This document shows, one piece after another, positions 25,338 through 37,480 of a stretch of 39,586 nt of DNA; the stretch's first letter is position 1, and each line of letters begins with the position of its first letter. The notes beneath the pieces are model-generated. The model was not told where the DNA came from, made no database searches, and worked only from the letters and a program-made list of their open reading frames with translations. The DNA comes from Paraglomus brasilianum (taxonomy: Eukaryota). The stretch is from the NCBI GenBank assembly GCA_910592345.1, contig CAJVPI010000244.1, positions 1-39,586 on the forward strand. Direction: 5' to 3'. The translations under genes were made by a program, and so were the position numbers.

Positions 25338-25790
25338 CCGTATATTATCGTGAATAAGCACACCCCCTCGATCATATATGAAAATGATCGGCAAAACCGT
25401 CACGTAAATAACAAACTTAGGGGGTTAGTTTATAGTAATCACAGTAACCAGAATTGTATTGTATTATAGAATTGAAATACAAGTGGCTCTCGATATAAGA
25501 AACTTTCGATATAAGAAACTTTCGATATAAGAAACTTTCGATATAAGAAAGTATTTTTGCTGGACCCGATTTAAAATCTTATAACAAATGACTCTCGTTA
25601 TAAGAGATTTTCGATATAAGAAAGGAATTTGTTGGGCCCCGATCACTTTCTTATATCGAGAGCCACTTGTAAAAGGTTTATAATCACGTGTATTATTATC
25701 ATGTAATAAATTGTTAATGAGGGGTACATTGTGCGGGTAATCATGGTAATCATGGGGTAGGTAGGTGTGCTTATTCGCGATAATATACGG
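25338..25790. mobile_element. CCGTA-terminated pogo-like MITE, host of a nested insertion
   Basis: 27-bp TIRs ccgtatattatcgtgaataagcacacc / ggtgtgcttattcgcgataatatacgg (1 mismatch), TA on both sides. Confidence 0.88.
25480..25669. mobile_element. 190-bp MITE nested within the 25338-25790 element
   Basis: Perfect 23-bp TIRs caagtggctctcgatataagaaa, TA on both sides, internal tandem 16-mer tcgatataagaaactt. Confidence 0.92.
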
Positions 25791-25935
25791 TATTACTTAA
25801 TATTTCTAATAACGCTTGTGGTGAAAGTTTTTCTTTGGAGCTTGTACAGACCAACTATTACATGGCTTAAACAACCTTTACTGTCTTTAATTATAATGTC
25901 AGTAATGCTCTTCTTATTGAGTCCTGGTTAAATTG

Positions 25936-25991
25936 AACCATATTCAGAATATGCTGTACGATCATAAAAGTGTCGGATAAAAGTGTCTGAA
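25936..25991 (+). repeat. ~56-bp dispersed direct repeat, copy A (copy B at 27698-27755)
   Basis: aaccatattcagaat(t)atgctgtacga(t/c)cataaaagtgtcggataaaa(a)gtgtctgaa occurs twice. Confidence 0.85.
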
Positions 25992-26451
25992 GAATGCATC
26001 ATACGATGATTCAACTTATGATGATATAATCGTTGTCATTGTCGAAAGAGGCAAATTGTCTAATGATACATTGTGGCATAGAGATTCAACTCTTTAATGC
26101 TTCATTGTTGAGTGATACGACAATATAGTTGATTGTCAAACGACAGCACACTGCTGGTAGATCTGTTAATTCACACGATCTATCCGTATTTAGAAATTAA
26201 TCAGCTGAGGCTGGCAATTTCCTGTCGTACCATTGGTTGTTCGAACGCTAACAGTTGATAAGCGCACTTAGTATTAGGCTTAAACCAATTTGTTTAGCCT
26301 AAGTGATATTTGCGGCCTCACTAACGTATTTTTTATAATAAAAGAATAATCTCTAACGTATTTAAGTAACTCAAAGCATATTTTTCACAATGATATGTCG
26401 AGCCAGGTTTATGTAGTGTCTTCTTATCTGGGGTAAATAATGCTTGGGTTT

Positions 26452-26572
26452 ACACAAATTATATGTATAAATTGCGTTCTGGGGTGAGCTTCCACAAATT
26501 ATATGTATAAATTGCGTTCTGGAGTGAGCTGTCACTAATATATATATAAATTGCGTTCTGCCACAAATTATA
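26452..26572. repeat. Tandem repeat, ~39-bp unit, ~3 copies
   Basis: cacaaattatatgtataaattgcgttctgg(g/a)gtgagct is repeated with decay. Confidence 0.85.
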
Positions 26573-27059
26573 TTATAAATCCGGGATTTATATAGCGATA
26601 CAACATATCAATAAAAATTATTGTAACTTACATAGTACGTATAGGCAATAGAGAAAAAAAAGAGTATTTTTCATATCTTAACAAACCGGCTGGAATAAAA
26701 AGCCTAGAACAAATCAATCACAGCCTTCATATATTTATTATACTTTCTAGTGGTTTGCTGTATGAATGTTTTTCTGCTATACATCCCATTTCTTTAAATT
26801 TGCTTAAAAAAGAGCTTTATGAAATTCTGCCTATTATTAATTACTACAGTCAGGAGTTTTTAGAATAATCTCTCGAAATATCTTCAAGTTTCAGAATTAC
26901 AATTTGTTACACAACGCAACTTGTTCTTATCGACTTTTGATTCTCCCGAATTACTGGGTATGGTCTACCGATCCTTTGATCATTAACTCTAAGTCATACG
27001 ATTATCAATGGATCAAGATAAAGATAAAGAGAGAATTCTCTCACGCTTATAACAAGCGA

Positions 27060-27465
27060 ACCTCCATAAGTCGAATACCTCGATTAGTTAACACTACTGC
27101 TGGTCCTTTCCTTCTATTAGAATAAACGCAAGAATAAAAAACCCGAAAGACTTTAAACGGGACTATAAAAAAGAACCTCTGTGAAATGTTCAATACACTA
27201 ACAGTATAGGGCCATCTGAACAACTTCCTAATATCTCTCTTTCAGAAGCTCTTTGTGCGTTAGACAAACTTGTGCTTTATCTTGATCAGAATCAGGAAAA
27301 TTATGACACGAACTCTTTATTGCGTAATTTACGTTGGAGTATTGATATCAAGTAATTAAAACATAGTAGCAATTTGTGTTAACGTCGCAGTATGCCCATA
27401 TAATCCTCGATAAAAATAAAACCTCTAGCTAACTATACGAACTTTGTTTAAATCTCTATATACAG
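27060..27465 (+). pseudogene. pogo/Tigger (CENP-B-like) transposase C-terminal remnant
   Basis: PNISLSEALCALDKLVLYLDQNQE...LLRNLR resembles the Tigger C-terminal helices. A TIR-like agtcgaatacctcgattagttaac lies upstream. Confidence 0.4.
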
Positions 27466-27697
27466 TAATACTACATAGTGAAGATCTTTCCAGAACGGAT
27501 TCATACACATATAAAGACAGTTCACTTATTTACCAAGATAGAAACAATCTCTAATACTAATAATAACATTTACCAGTAACTGAAATAATACGAATGATTT
27601 TGGCTACAAGCTCAAAATAGTGTAATTTAGGCAAAAGTGGGTTCTTATTTAAATGAAAGACGTCCGGAATTTGTGTTGGTTATATTGATGAAGATCA

Positions 27698-27755
27698 AAC
27701 CATATTCAGAATTATGCTGTACGACCATAAAAGTGTCGGATAAAAAGTGTCTGAA
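27698..27755 (+). repeat. ~56-bp dispersed direct repeat, copy B
   Basis: Matches 25936-25991 with one substitution and two 1-nt indels. Confidence 0.85.
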
Positions 27756-29413
27756 TTATTGACTATAATCTTAAAAGAGCCCTGTTAATCAGATTAGATA
27801 ATCGATCATCATATAAGGGGGTGGTAAATTTGTCGGCCACATTCTACGATCTGCCACAAATTATAGCGACACAAATTACACAACACATATATAATTCCTA
27901 TAGATATAAAGATAGTGCAGGAAAAACGTGACAATGTACTACAATGTATGGAACTCTCTTAGGTAGGCAGTACTGTTCAATGTCGAGTTTACTTGATCAA
28001 AACGCAAATCCTCATTGTGATTTGGACTGTTTCGGTCTTGCACAAAAAACTATGGAAGCGTTCCCATTTTACTAATATATCACAAACGCTATGTGACAAA
28101 GGGCCTTTTTTATGGTAATCGCTGTGAAAAAGTATGAATGAATGAGGCGTTATTACTATTGTTATGATGATCAGCAAGGATTTTAGGGTACAGATTTGAG
28201 ACCTTATTTTGTTGTGCTACCGAACTTCTAACTGCTGTTGCAAAAAAAACTGTAATCCGTTACGGCCAGCACATGTCAATATTAATATCAATGATTATAT
28301 TGATTATGTAAATAATGACCCCCCCCCAAATTAGACTTAAATTGATCAAAACTTTTTGATTTCGCACTGCACGCGGTCTCGAGAAATTATGATAAAGTGC
28401 CAGAAATTTAAAATTCGAACAACCAAAGATCCATAAATAAAGTCTTTTGCCGATCCATTTTTTTAAACTGAAACTGTCCATAAACTAATGGCCTTGTACA
28501 CGTATGCAGATAACAAAGTTTTGAAGCCATAGCTTTTTTGAAGTTTATAATACTATTGATATCGTCCCCAAAATAGTGTGAGATTCTTATCCGGACCCGA
28601 AATCTATGTACGTGCCAATGCTACTGTGAAGTTGCAGAAGGAATAAATGATCTGAGTTCTTTGCTAATTTTTTCAAGTATTACACCATTGCCTTTGAATT
28701 AATTAGGCTTCAATTGATCGTAAATAGGCAAGTCTTAATGAAGGCCTATTAATAGACTTGTTCATACTTTAACCTAAACATGGGATCAGTGTCCATTCTA
28801 AATAACCTTCGTTCTGTAAGCCATTTGGAAGGAATCGCTCATGGTTTTTTATCAAACTTATTATACCATTGCACAAATTCCTCGTTCCATGTTGGTCGGC
28901 AAATGCTTCATCTAACAGCTTCTTTTTAATACTGCATTCTCAGATAGCAACTACTGATTGAAATTTTCTAGCTTCTGTGTATCCTTCTCGAAAGCATTTC
29001 GTACACTGGAACAGGCAAGGATACTTGGACTCCAGTCTTTTCGAACACCGCAACTCATTATCATTAGAGTCTTAATCTGTTTCTTCCGAATCTAGAAACT
29101 TGAATGGCTCGTTTATATAATATAAGACTTTTTTTAATTACGATCTGGTTATATCCAGAAGTACATAATAACAAAATATTACGTAGCGTGACCAATATTA
29201 CAATATTGGCATGCATCATAATAATAACTAAACGCATTACGATTAACTGGTTGCGCTTTCAACTGGATAACACTCTTAACCGTAAGGCCATGGCATTCGA
29301 ATTCTTGACTGGCCCACCAGATATGAGAAAAGAGAAAAACAAAACTTTCAACAGTTGAATAATTCGTCAGGAATGAAAGGGTCTGAATGACAATCGATAG
29401 TTAGTAGCAATGT

Positions 29414-29565
29414 ACACTCCCCTGCAAAATTTTACGACCGCCCCTGTCGATCAATTAGTAAACCATGTTAATATTAATATGAAAAATCTCTACTGGTCAT
29501 ATCTATTAAACAAATAACAAAATTTTTTGCACTGTTATGAAGCTAATTGATTATATTCTTCATGA
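29414..29565. mobile_element. Left-arm fragment of the foldback MITE family
   Basis: TA-cactcccctgcaaaattttacg terminus, and the internal motif gaagctaattgattat shared with the elements at 33466 and 37481. Confidence 0.45.
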
Positions 29566-29994
29566 TTAAACTAGGCTAGTTGTCATATTAAAGCTGTGGT
29601 TCGATGAAGCGATAATAGTTAACCTCGTTATTCCGTTACCGAAGTTCGGTTGCAGGATTTTTGCATATGCACTAGTCGCTTTATAATGAAATTAATCACG
29701 TGATAGAATGTTTAAACATGGGTGATTGGTTGTAGCAATTAAAAAATTTCATCAGTGCTGGTTGTCATACTATTAATACAATTTCACGTGAATATGAATA
29801 TTCTGCATTGTTTGTAGGCTTTTGTGTTAATAGTTAATCATAATCATGTAAAACGTATCATGTAATGAACGGCATTTGGTAGTTTTCTTCTTCATCCGTA
29901 GCAATCATTATATTTTTTGTTCAACTAATAAACATTGTTTACGAAAGTCTTAATATACCGACTTTAGGCTAGACTTCGTTACAAAGAGAGTGTT

Positions 29995-30068
29995 CGTTTT
30001 ACCGAATTCCTCGTTATAACGAATCATAGATGACCACCCCGTGCCTTCGGTATAACGGGGTTCGACTG
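29995..30068. mobile_element. Right end of a Tigger-like element
   Basis: Ends cttcggtataacggggttcgactg-TA (reverse complement TA-cagtcgaaccccgttatac), with subterminal cgttataacg. Confidence 0.5.
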
Positions 30069-30288
30069 TACTATTGCTTGTTTAAATAAATGTCCATACA
30101 TATTAATATTAATATTAGTTTGTTTTAACGAATTAATTTTGAGACAAATTGACTATATACTTCTACGTTGTTATTCTGTTCCAAGTAATTACATGGGATT
30201 TTAAACCTATTTTATTAGATATCGGTGGACTCATGTCCTCTTCGTCATCATCAACTGAAGGTGCTTCTTGGATAATCGTTACCAAATA

Positions 30289-31000
30289 CATAGTCAACCT
30301 CGGAAATATTCTGGTCCCGATTTATTAATAAGAAATTTACCTCGTTTAGCCAAATTTTTATAATAAATCTCTGTAATCCGCAGTTGTGTAATAAAAATTC
30401 CTCGTTAATCCGAAGATGTTTGTTAATCCGAAGATCTTTCTCGTTAATCCGAAGAATCTCATCAGCTTATAAAGCTTAACCCTCTTTGAATTTATTTTTT
30501 CATAATGAATCGTAAGCCAGATTGCCGAGATAGATAATCATTTACTTGGAGAAACTGAGAATACCAATTGAAACACTAGAACCGTGTGGAGAATACGAGG
30601 ATGAAAGCCCAGTCTCGCTTGCATTAGCCAATGAAAGCATCGATAATATTTTAGACAAGAATATTATTCGGAATGATTAAAGTACTTGAAATACAAGTAA
30701 GCGACAATTACATTTTGACAGTTTTTTCGCACCTCAAAGCGAGACACATAATCAGATGTTAGCAGGTGGAAGCGTGTAGAACCATCTTGTGTACGTTGTG
30801 ATAATAATAACTAAACAATAATAAAGACTTAAGTTGTAAACCGAATAATTATTGAATTCAATAGCAAGTTCGGATTATTGAGAACAAACCTCGTTAATAT
30901 TAATCCGAAGATGCCGTTAATCCGAATTTAAGCTTCGGATTAACGATGTATTTTGTAGATCTTTATGTGAACACGTGATCCGACTTATCGAGAGTCACTG
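30289..31000 (+). mobile_element. pogo-like internally deleted element with subterminal repeats
   Basis: Starts TA-catagtcaacctcg (same start at 24891), has repeated cgttaatccgaag motifs near both ends, a pogo-like C-terminal peptide KRQLHFDSFF, and ends cgacttatcgagagtcactg. The two ends match imperfectly, so it may be composite. Confidence 0.55.
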
Positions 31001-31222
31001 TCTTAACAACTAACGCGAGAGAGAGGAAAAAAAGGCTGTATTGCGTCAAATTGGGGAACCAACAGTTTTACTCCTGTTCTGTTCCCGCAGGCATAATAAT
31101 CGGTTAAGTGACACATAAATTATAATTGGAGAGTTGTTTTTTTCCGACAAAACAACCATTCAAAGGAAAAAAATTTTCGCAAAAAAAAACCCCCCAAATT
31201 TCGGGATCACTACATGAAATAG

Positions 31223-31445
31223 GTCTTCCAACAAGATAACGACACCTCCTGAAAGGTCTTCCCAAACGGGTTCTTCCTTGGCCTTCATCCAACCCAGACA
31301 TCAATCCGATTGAAAATATATGGGCTGCTTTAAAGAAGAAAAAGGTCAAGTGCAGAAAAAACAAGTATAAATATTAACAGCATCAGAAGCATGCAAGATC
31401 TAATTAAAGCATACATTGATGCTGAGGATGTCACGTTAAATATTG
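31223..31445 (+). pseudogene. Tc1-family (DDE_3) transposase remnant
   Basis: VFQQDND, then in another frame VLPWPSSNPDINPIENIWAALKKK, matching the Tc1 WPxxSPDLNPIENxW motif. Confidence 0.85.
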
Positions 31446-31628
31446 ATTTACTAATAAAAGTTGTAGCGTTGGTTTTTGTCTTCAAATATGAAACATCTAT
31501 ATAAATTAAAAGCCATTACTTTCGCTGGGGACCTCATTCATATATATTATTCGTGTAACATGGGGTAAATAGAAATCCCTTGCAATGTCGGATCTGCATC
31601 CTCCCTTCATTCAGTACGTTCATGAAGA

Positions 31629-32685
31629 ATGACCAAAGCGCAAATAACGAAAATACCCATCTTAACAGCACCAAAAACTTATACACCTATACAACATCCA
31701 CCTCTCTCTGTCAAACAGGAAGAGATCTTGAATCGATTGTCAGACTACGTGAATGAAATTTTACTAACTGATAGTGAGAAAGCATGGGCTAATGAGGCTT
31801 GTTTGCAGAGATATTTAAGAGCATCAAAGTGGCATTTGGATGAGGCGATGGAGAGAATAAAGTGTTCTTTGGAATGGAGGAGAACGTATAAGCCAGAACA
31901 TATTGATCCAAAAGAGGTTGAGCCAGAGGTAAATATTAATCTGAATGAAAACAACGTGACAGATTATAGAAGCTCTATAAATATTGGTTACATTATAAGT
32001 AAAATAGTAAATGATACATTTAATATTCTCTCTCCGACCAAAGTCGGTCACTGGTAAAATACATATCAATGGATTCGATAAACATGGAAGACCTATAATA
32101 TATCTCCGGCCAGGCAGAGAGAATACAAAAGCAGGTCCAGGACAAGTCCGGCATGTTGTTTTCTATTTTGAGAGTGCCATCAGACTAATGCCTGAAGGTA
32201 CAGAAAGTATTGTAGTTTCGATTGACTTCCATGGGGCATCGGCTCGAACGAGCCCTGGGGTTGGTATTGCAAAGGAGTTTATGCATGTACTAAGCTCACA
32301 TTACCCAGAACAGCTTGGGTTAGCATTGGTTGTGAATGGTAGGCCGTGTTTGGGATATATAAAAGAATTGAATTTGATTGGAAAAGTGAATATTTGCTAA
32401 CATCTCTACGTTCTAGCTCCATGGTATTTCTGGGTATTTTTTCGTTTAATCTCTCCTTTCATTGATCCGGTTACAAAAGCGAAAATAAAATTCGTCGACT
32501 TGAATGATGGAACGAAGGCAGCAAGCGCCGATCAATGGACAACTTTGGATCAATTTATTAGCCATGATATGCTTGAAAGCGAATATGGAGGAAATAATGC
32601 CTTCGAATATCATCATGAAACATATTGGAGTGTCTTACTTGAGAAGACTAATAGGGAAACAACTCGTCAAGTTCTCAAGGATTGA
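31629..32685 (+). CDS. CRAL-TRIO (Sec14/Pdr16-like) lipid-transfer protein (~287 aa), exons 31629-31928, 32044-32338, 32417-32685
   Basis: CLQRYLRASKW, LEWR, TGKIHINGFDKHGRPIIYLRPGRENT, HYPEQLG, NAPWYF..FFRLISPFIDPVTKAKIKF, EYGG. The exons total 864 nt in frame. Confidence 0.93.
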
Positions 32686-33465
32686 TAAAGACATGCCACC
32701 GCAATTATATTTATTGACTTAGAATATTTTTCATCCGCTAAGCGGAATTTCAGAGTTGTTGCGAGAACAGTCTCCACCATTATTTCTGAACGTTTGTTTT
32801 TCGATAGAGAATATCGCTCAAATAAATTTAATTAGTTTTCTGGTATTTATTGCAAACGCAAGCTTACTCCAGGAGCACAATATTTCGATTTTGAATAGTT
32901 ACTGCGCTGATAGAAGAGAAATGGGAATGTGGAATGAAGGGGTTAGTAGTCCAAGAGCAAAAGGCAAGACTATTCATGTGATCCACACAGCCAGCAAAAA
33001 CATTAAATTCAGGCAGTGTAGCTCCCACCACAAATAGTAACCTCTGGAATATTAGGTGACTTATACTTATGGTCGATATTTAGTTGATGATATTGAAAAG
33101 AGACGTTGTCTAACAGAAGCTAATGAGAACTTCCAGTAATAATAATGACAAGATTAAACTACCTCCCACCCACTCCATTTGCAGTGAAAAAAGTTAAACA
33201 GTCTGTTTTGCAGCTTAGACAGACAGTCGGGAACACATTGAGAGGAAAAGCAGTTAACAGAAAATGGTATTCGAGATATTCAAATGATGAAATTAATTCT
33301 AATAGATCTTTGTACTGTTAGGTAAATACCGTAGTATCAGTGTATCTGGCATATTAATATGTCAATTCCGAACAGACATAACATTCTATGACTTCCAAAT
33401 TACGTGAAACTATGTGTTTACTTCTACAGTTTTAGTATGGGGGGTAAAAAAATTTTTTGTATATA

Positions 33466-34082
33466 CAGCCCACTCCAATGTAACACGAAATTTTAATACA
33501 GGTCAAACCTGTTTAAACCGGCGGACCTGGTTTGCCGATTCTTGGCCGGTTTAGCTAAGGACCGGTTCAAAAAATTGTTCAACTAGAGAAAGTTTCTAAT
33601 TAATGAAAGTTTGGTGTAGTCTTGAGGCGGCCGGTTAAGCCCGAGACCGGTTTAATCAGCGCCGGTTTAAACAGGTTTGACCTGTATGCGAAGTGCAATA
33701 ATTTTTGTATGGTTCTGAAGCTAATTGATTATGCTGTTCGAAAAAATAACAATAAAATTTTATAAGTTATTGTTATAAGTTAGTAGCTCGACGAAGCGTG
33801 AGTATACGTATACATATTAATATATAATCATATATTTTCATATCGTGATTTAAAAGACAGCTGCATCAACTTGCTACAGCTTAATAGTAATAACTTATAA
33901 ATTTTATTGTTATTTTTTTCGAACAGCATAATCAATTAGCTTCAGAATCATACAAAAATTATTGCACTTCGTATAGTACACAAGAGCAGGAGAGATTTTT
34001 GAAAAAAAAAAAAAAAAAAAGACTTTTCATATGTTTTACTATTAAAAATTCGTGTTGCCCGGTTATTTATTGGAGGGGGCTG
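33466..34082. mobile_element. Long-TIR foldback MITE, host of a nested insertion
   Basis: Tips cagcccactccaat / attggagggggctg, with long inverted arms 33689-33790 vs 33875-33971. Confidence 0.85.
33499..33684. mobile_element. 186-bp MITE nested within the foldback element
   Basis: Perfect 25-bp TIRs caggtcaaacctgtttaaaccggcg, with TA on both sides. Confidence 0.93.
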
Positions 34083-34962
34083 TGCATATGTACCTCGCTC
34101 AATTTGAGTCCATTATATTGGAAAAACATCCTCCAGAGGTAAGCACAATGTTGAGAGGTTTCAACAGTCTTAAAACACACTGATCACATTGGTAAAGATT
34201 CTTTAAACAAAAAACTATGGGTTGGATTTTAAATACTTCTGGAAGTTGGTTAAAAGAGAGACAGAATAAGAAAAGCGCACAGGATCAATAGTTGACTTAT
34301 TATTCTTGTCCACCAAATTCTGAATTGGCAAAAATACGATTGCGTATACAAGACCGAAAATCCAATTTAAGGTCACTAACTGTTAATTATAAATAGGATT
34401 AGCAGATCCAGCCTCGTTTGAAAAAGTTAAATCTCAAGGTTAATTGTCAATCGCTCTCCCGTAGTACGTGGGCGAATCAACAGAACAATAATGGAACGAC
34501 AGTTCCAGGATATACTGTACTTACGATTAATTATTGATCAACTTGAGAAGTCACGTTGAGTAATTATCGAGTCAAAGAATTGTGGCAGTTGAGCGATGCG
34601 AAATTTTCTTTAATCATTTTATTACAACTATTAGAAGTTGCGAAGCTTGTAGTTGGCCACTAAATGCCAGCCCAATTCTGACAATAATTATTTGTGCCAA
34701 AGTATCTAGAATAAGAGCCAAATAAATATGTGTGTATAACTGGTGGAGTATAAACAGTTTAACCGCGAGTGAAATAATAAATAAATATACAGTGTTCAGA
34801 TTCATCATACATGCTTACAAGTGATCCAAATAAACTCGTATCAATATTATACAATTGAAAACAGAGTACATATAACGACTAACGCGGACTGAGAGTAATT
34901 TACAGCAGAGATATGGATACAAGAGCTGGTAATCAACTATATCTTCATATTGTTAATTAAGT

Positions 34963-36932
34963 TTACCACTCCCCTCGATCGGTTATGACATGGACAAATT
35001 TCATTCCTTTTGTTGCAATTCTTAGACCATTTCTGCTGATCTGATTGCGACGGAAGAATAGTGTTCTCGTAATATCATTAAAACCAGTGCTTTGAGTAAA
35101 CGCAACAGCCGCTTTATCCATAGCTTTTATAACATACTCTGCTCCAATGTCTCCAATGACATTATCATCCAAATTAAGTACCTGCAGACTCGTATTCAAC
35201 AGCAATCCATTTGATAGACTCTCGACTCCGTGATCATCAATACTATTTCCACTCAGAATAAGCTTTTGTAATGAAGTGTTTTTTTCTAGGGCTTTAGCAA
35301 GTGATTCGATGCCTTTGTTACCCAATTTACAGTGGTTAATATTAAGATTTATGAGTGATTTATTAGTTTCCAATGATGTAGCAAGATATTCAACACCTTT
35401 ATACCCAAAGTCATTATGACTGAGATCAAGATTTTGTAAGTTAGACTGAGGACCACTCAACGCTGTTGACAACGTCTCCATTCCTTTGCTGCGAATGTGA
35501 TTCCAAGATAAGTCCAATGACTCTAATGTAAAATTGACTTCTAATGCACGCGATAGTAATTCTGCGCCTTTATCAGTAATCATATTGCCAGACAAGTCAA
35601 GATGTCGCAATGTCTTGTTTACCTCTAGGCATTTACAAATAAACTCAATACCTTGGTCGCCAATTTCGTTCTCAGTCAGATTAAGTGACTGAACGGTAGT
35701 ATTGTTCCTTAATGCTTTCGAAAGGAGCACTGCACCAACTTTCTCGATCTCACTCCCTTGAAGATTTAGAGTCACTATTGTTTCACTTGAAGCTATCACC
35801 TCCGTCAACAATTGCCATGAATATCCCGGTTGAAAGTCTACTAGATGGAGACATCTTACTGCTGGGTTATATTTTAATATAGTGCAAAGCTGCTCCGAAC
35901 TTTTCACGTCAATTGCATGCAACTTTAAAGTTGATAAAGCGATTAATTCTTCCTTGTACCCACGTTGCAGAAGTTCTATCTTCCTCTCTAGAGTCATCAT
36001 ATGAAGATTGATCGCGCGAAATACTTCTTTAAATTCTTCAAATTTACATCCATTCAAATGTGCGGCTAAGTTCCGTCTCTCAAATTGCTCATTACAACCA
36101 CCAAAACTCCCAAAGATATTACGATGTGGACATGTAATGACCTTCCTATGACACACGTAATCGTGATCATTTAACTGATGGAAAAGAAACTTTTGATTGC
36201 ACAGTACACATTCGGTTTCGCGATTAATACATTCATCCCTACAATGAGCCTGATGAAGCAAGAAGTTCGGCATATTAACTCAAGGTTAAAATTCTATAAT
36301 ACAAATCCACAGACAGGTACCTCGGCTCTTTCACTAGAATAAAACTTTTTAAGACAGCGTAGCGGGCAGCCTATCATCTTATAAGCGCACTCTTGTCGAT
36401 GTTTTTCTATATTCTTTCTCGGTAGGACTTCTTTACAATCGGGATGATCTTCATGTTCATTGCAGTTTACAGGGGCATACTGGCAATCAACCTGAGAAAA
36501 AGAGAAAATATATCTAGTCATCATTATCAACAGTAATATTAACAAGAATAAAAGCTGCTGACTAACTTGGAGATGGTATCTGAGTTCCGCTCTTGTTCCC
36601 TGCCACTCGCATTCAGGTGAGTACGGACAAAAAACTTCTAGACAGTCCAATTCATTTTGGGTCTTGCTTGCATTTTGCAGCTCACATTCCTGACAAGGAG
36701 CTCGGCATATTGGACAAGTTCTACGTAGTTCCAATGCTTGGACTATGCAATAATGACAAAATAAATGCTTACATCTTCGCGTTCGCTTCACAGAATCGAA
36801 GACTTCATGACATATAGGACAGAAATAGTCCTCGCTTATGCTGTCAGGCTTCACATATTTAAATTCCTCGCGGACAGCGGCATTTTGTGACGATCTTCCT
36901 GTTCGAGTCGCGGGAATCATAAGCCCTAACAT
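34963..36932 (-). CDS. RING + TRAF-type zinc fingers + coiled coil + ribonuclease-inhibitor-like LRR protein (~607 aa), exons 36932-36567, 36491-36321, 36249-34963
   Basis: C3HC4 RING CPICHEVF...CKHLFCHYCI...CPICR. TRAF-like fingers LEVFCPYSPECEWQG...HL..CQY, H..EC.Y..IGCP..C, H..VC..KVITCP...GC...HL..C. Coiled coil, then about eight 28-aa LRRs (LxxLxLxxNxIgdxGxxxLxxAL). The exons total 1824 nt in frame. Confidence 0.9.
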
Positions 36933-37480
36933 GTAACACTCCTCAAGAGTCTGTAGATGCCACCTGGTGAATTCAGAGAAAAATTCCCAAATAATAATAA
37001 CTTGTGATAAATTAACCTTATTTAAAATAAGGTGAGTTCTATCTTTGCTGAGAGAATCTGGCCAGCAAGTAAACTAGCAAAGGATCGAACAAGGGACAGT
37101 TGGATCTAGAATAGTAAGTTAACAAGACAAGGTTTACATCGGCCAACTATAATGTCGTACAATGCACATGTGAGCTGTATTAAAGAAATCGTTTGAACTT
37201 CGCCATCGTAATTTAGAAATCCTAATTGTGAATACAAAAACTTGAATTAATAGGCGAACAGCCCATGAAGAGTGGTATTTTACGAGAAAATCGTGAGCAG
37301 AAAAACTCGTGTGATTGATGGTTTTCCTATCAAGCAAGACATACCCTTGTTTGGGTAACGGATCAAGAACCATATTGTTAGTGATTTACGACGCTCCAAT
37401 TGATGGGGGCTTCTCTCCACCAGCAACGACAGTGTATCTTCAACCACCAGGGATAATTTATATTTGTCAACAACTATATA

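Noticed and set aside
28560..28870. Cytochrome P450 remnant on the minus strand
   Set aside because: The PERF-like and FGxG-like scraps are poorly spaced and lack the heme-binding cysteine.
30401..30455. cgttaatccgaag repeats as a guide-RNA or CRISPR array
   Set aside because: They are short subterminal repeats within a pogo-like element and recur at its other end.
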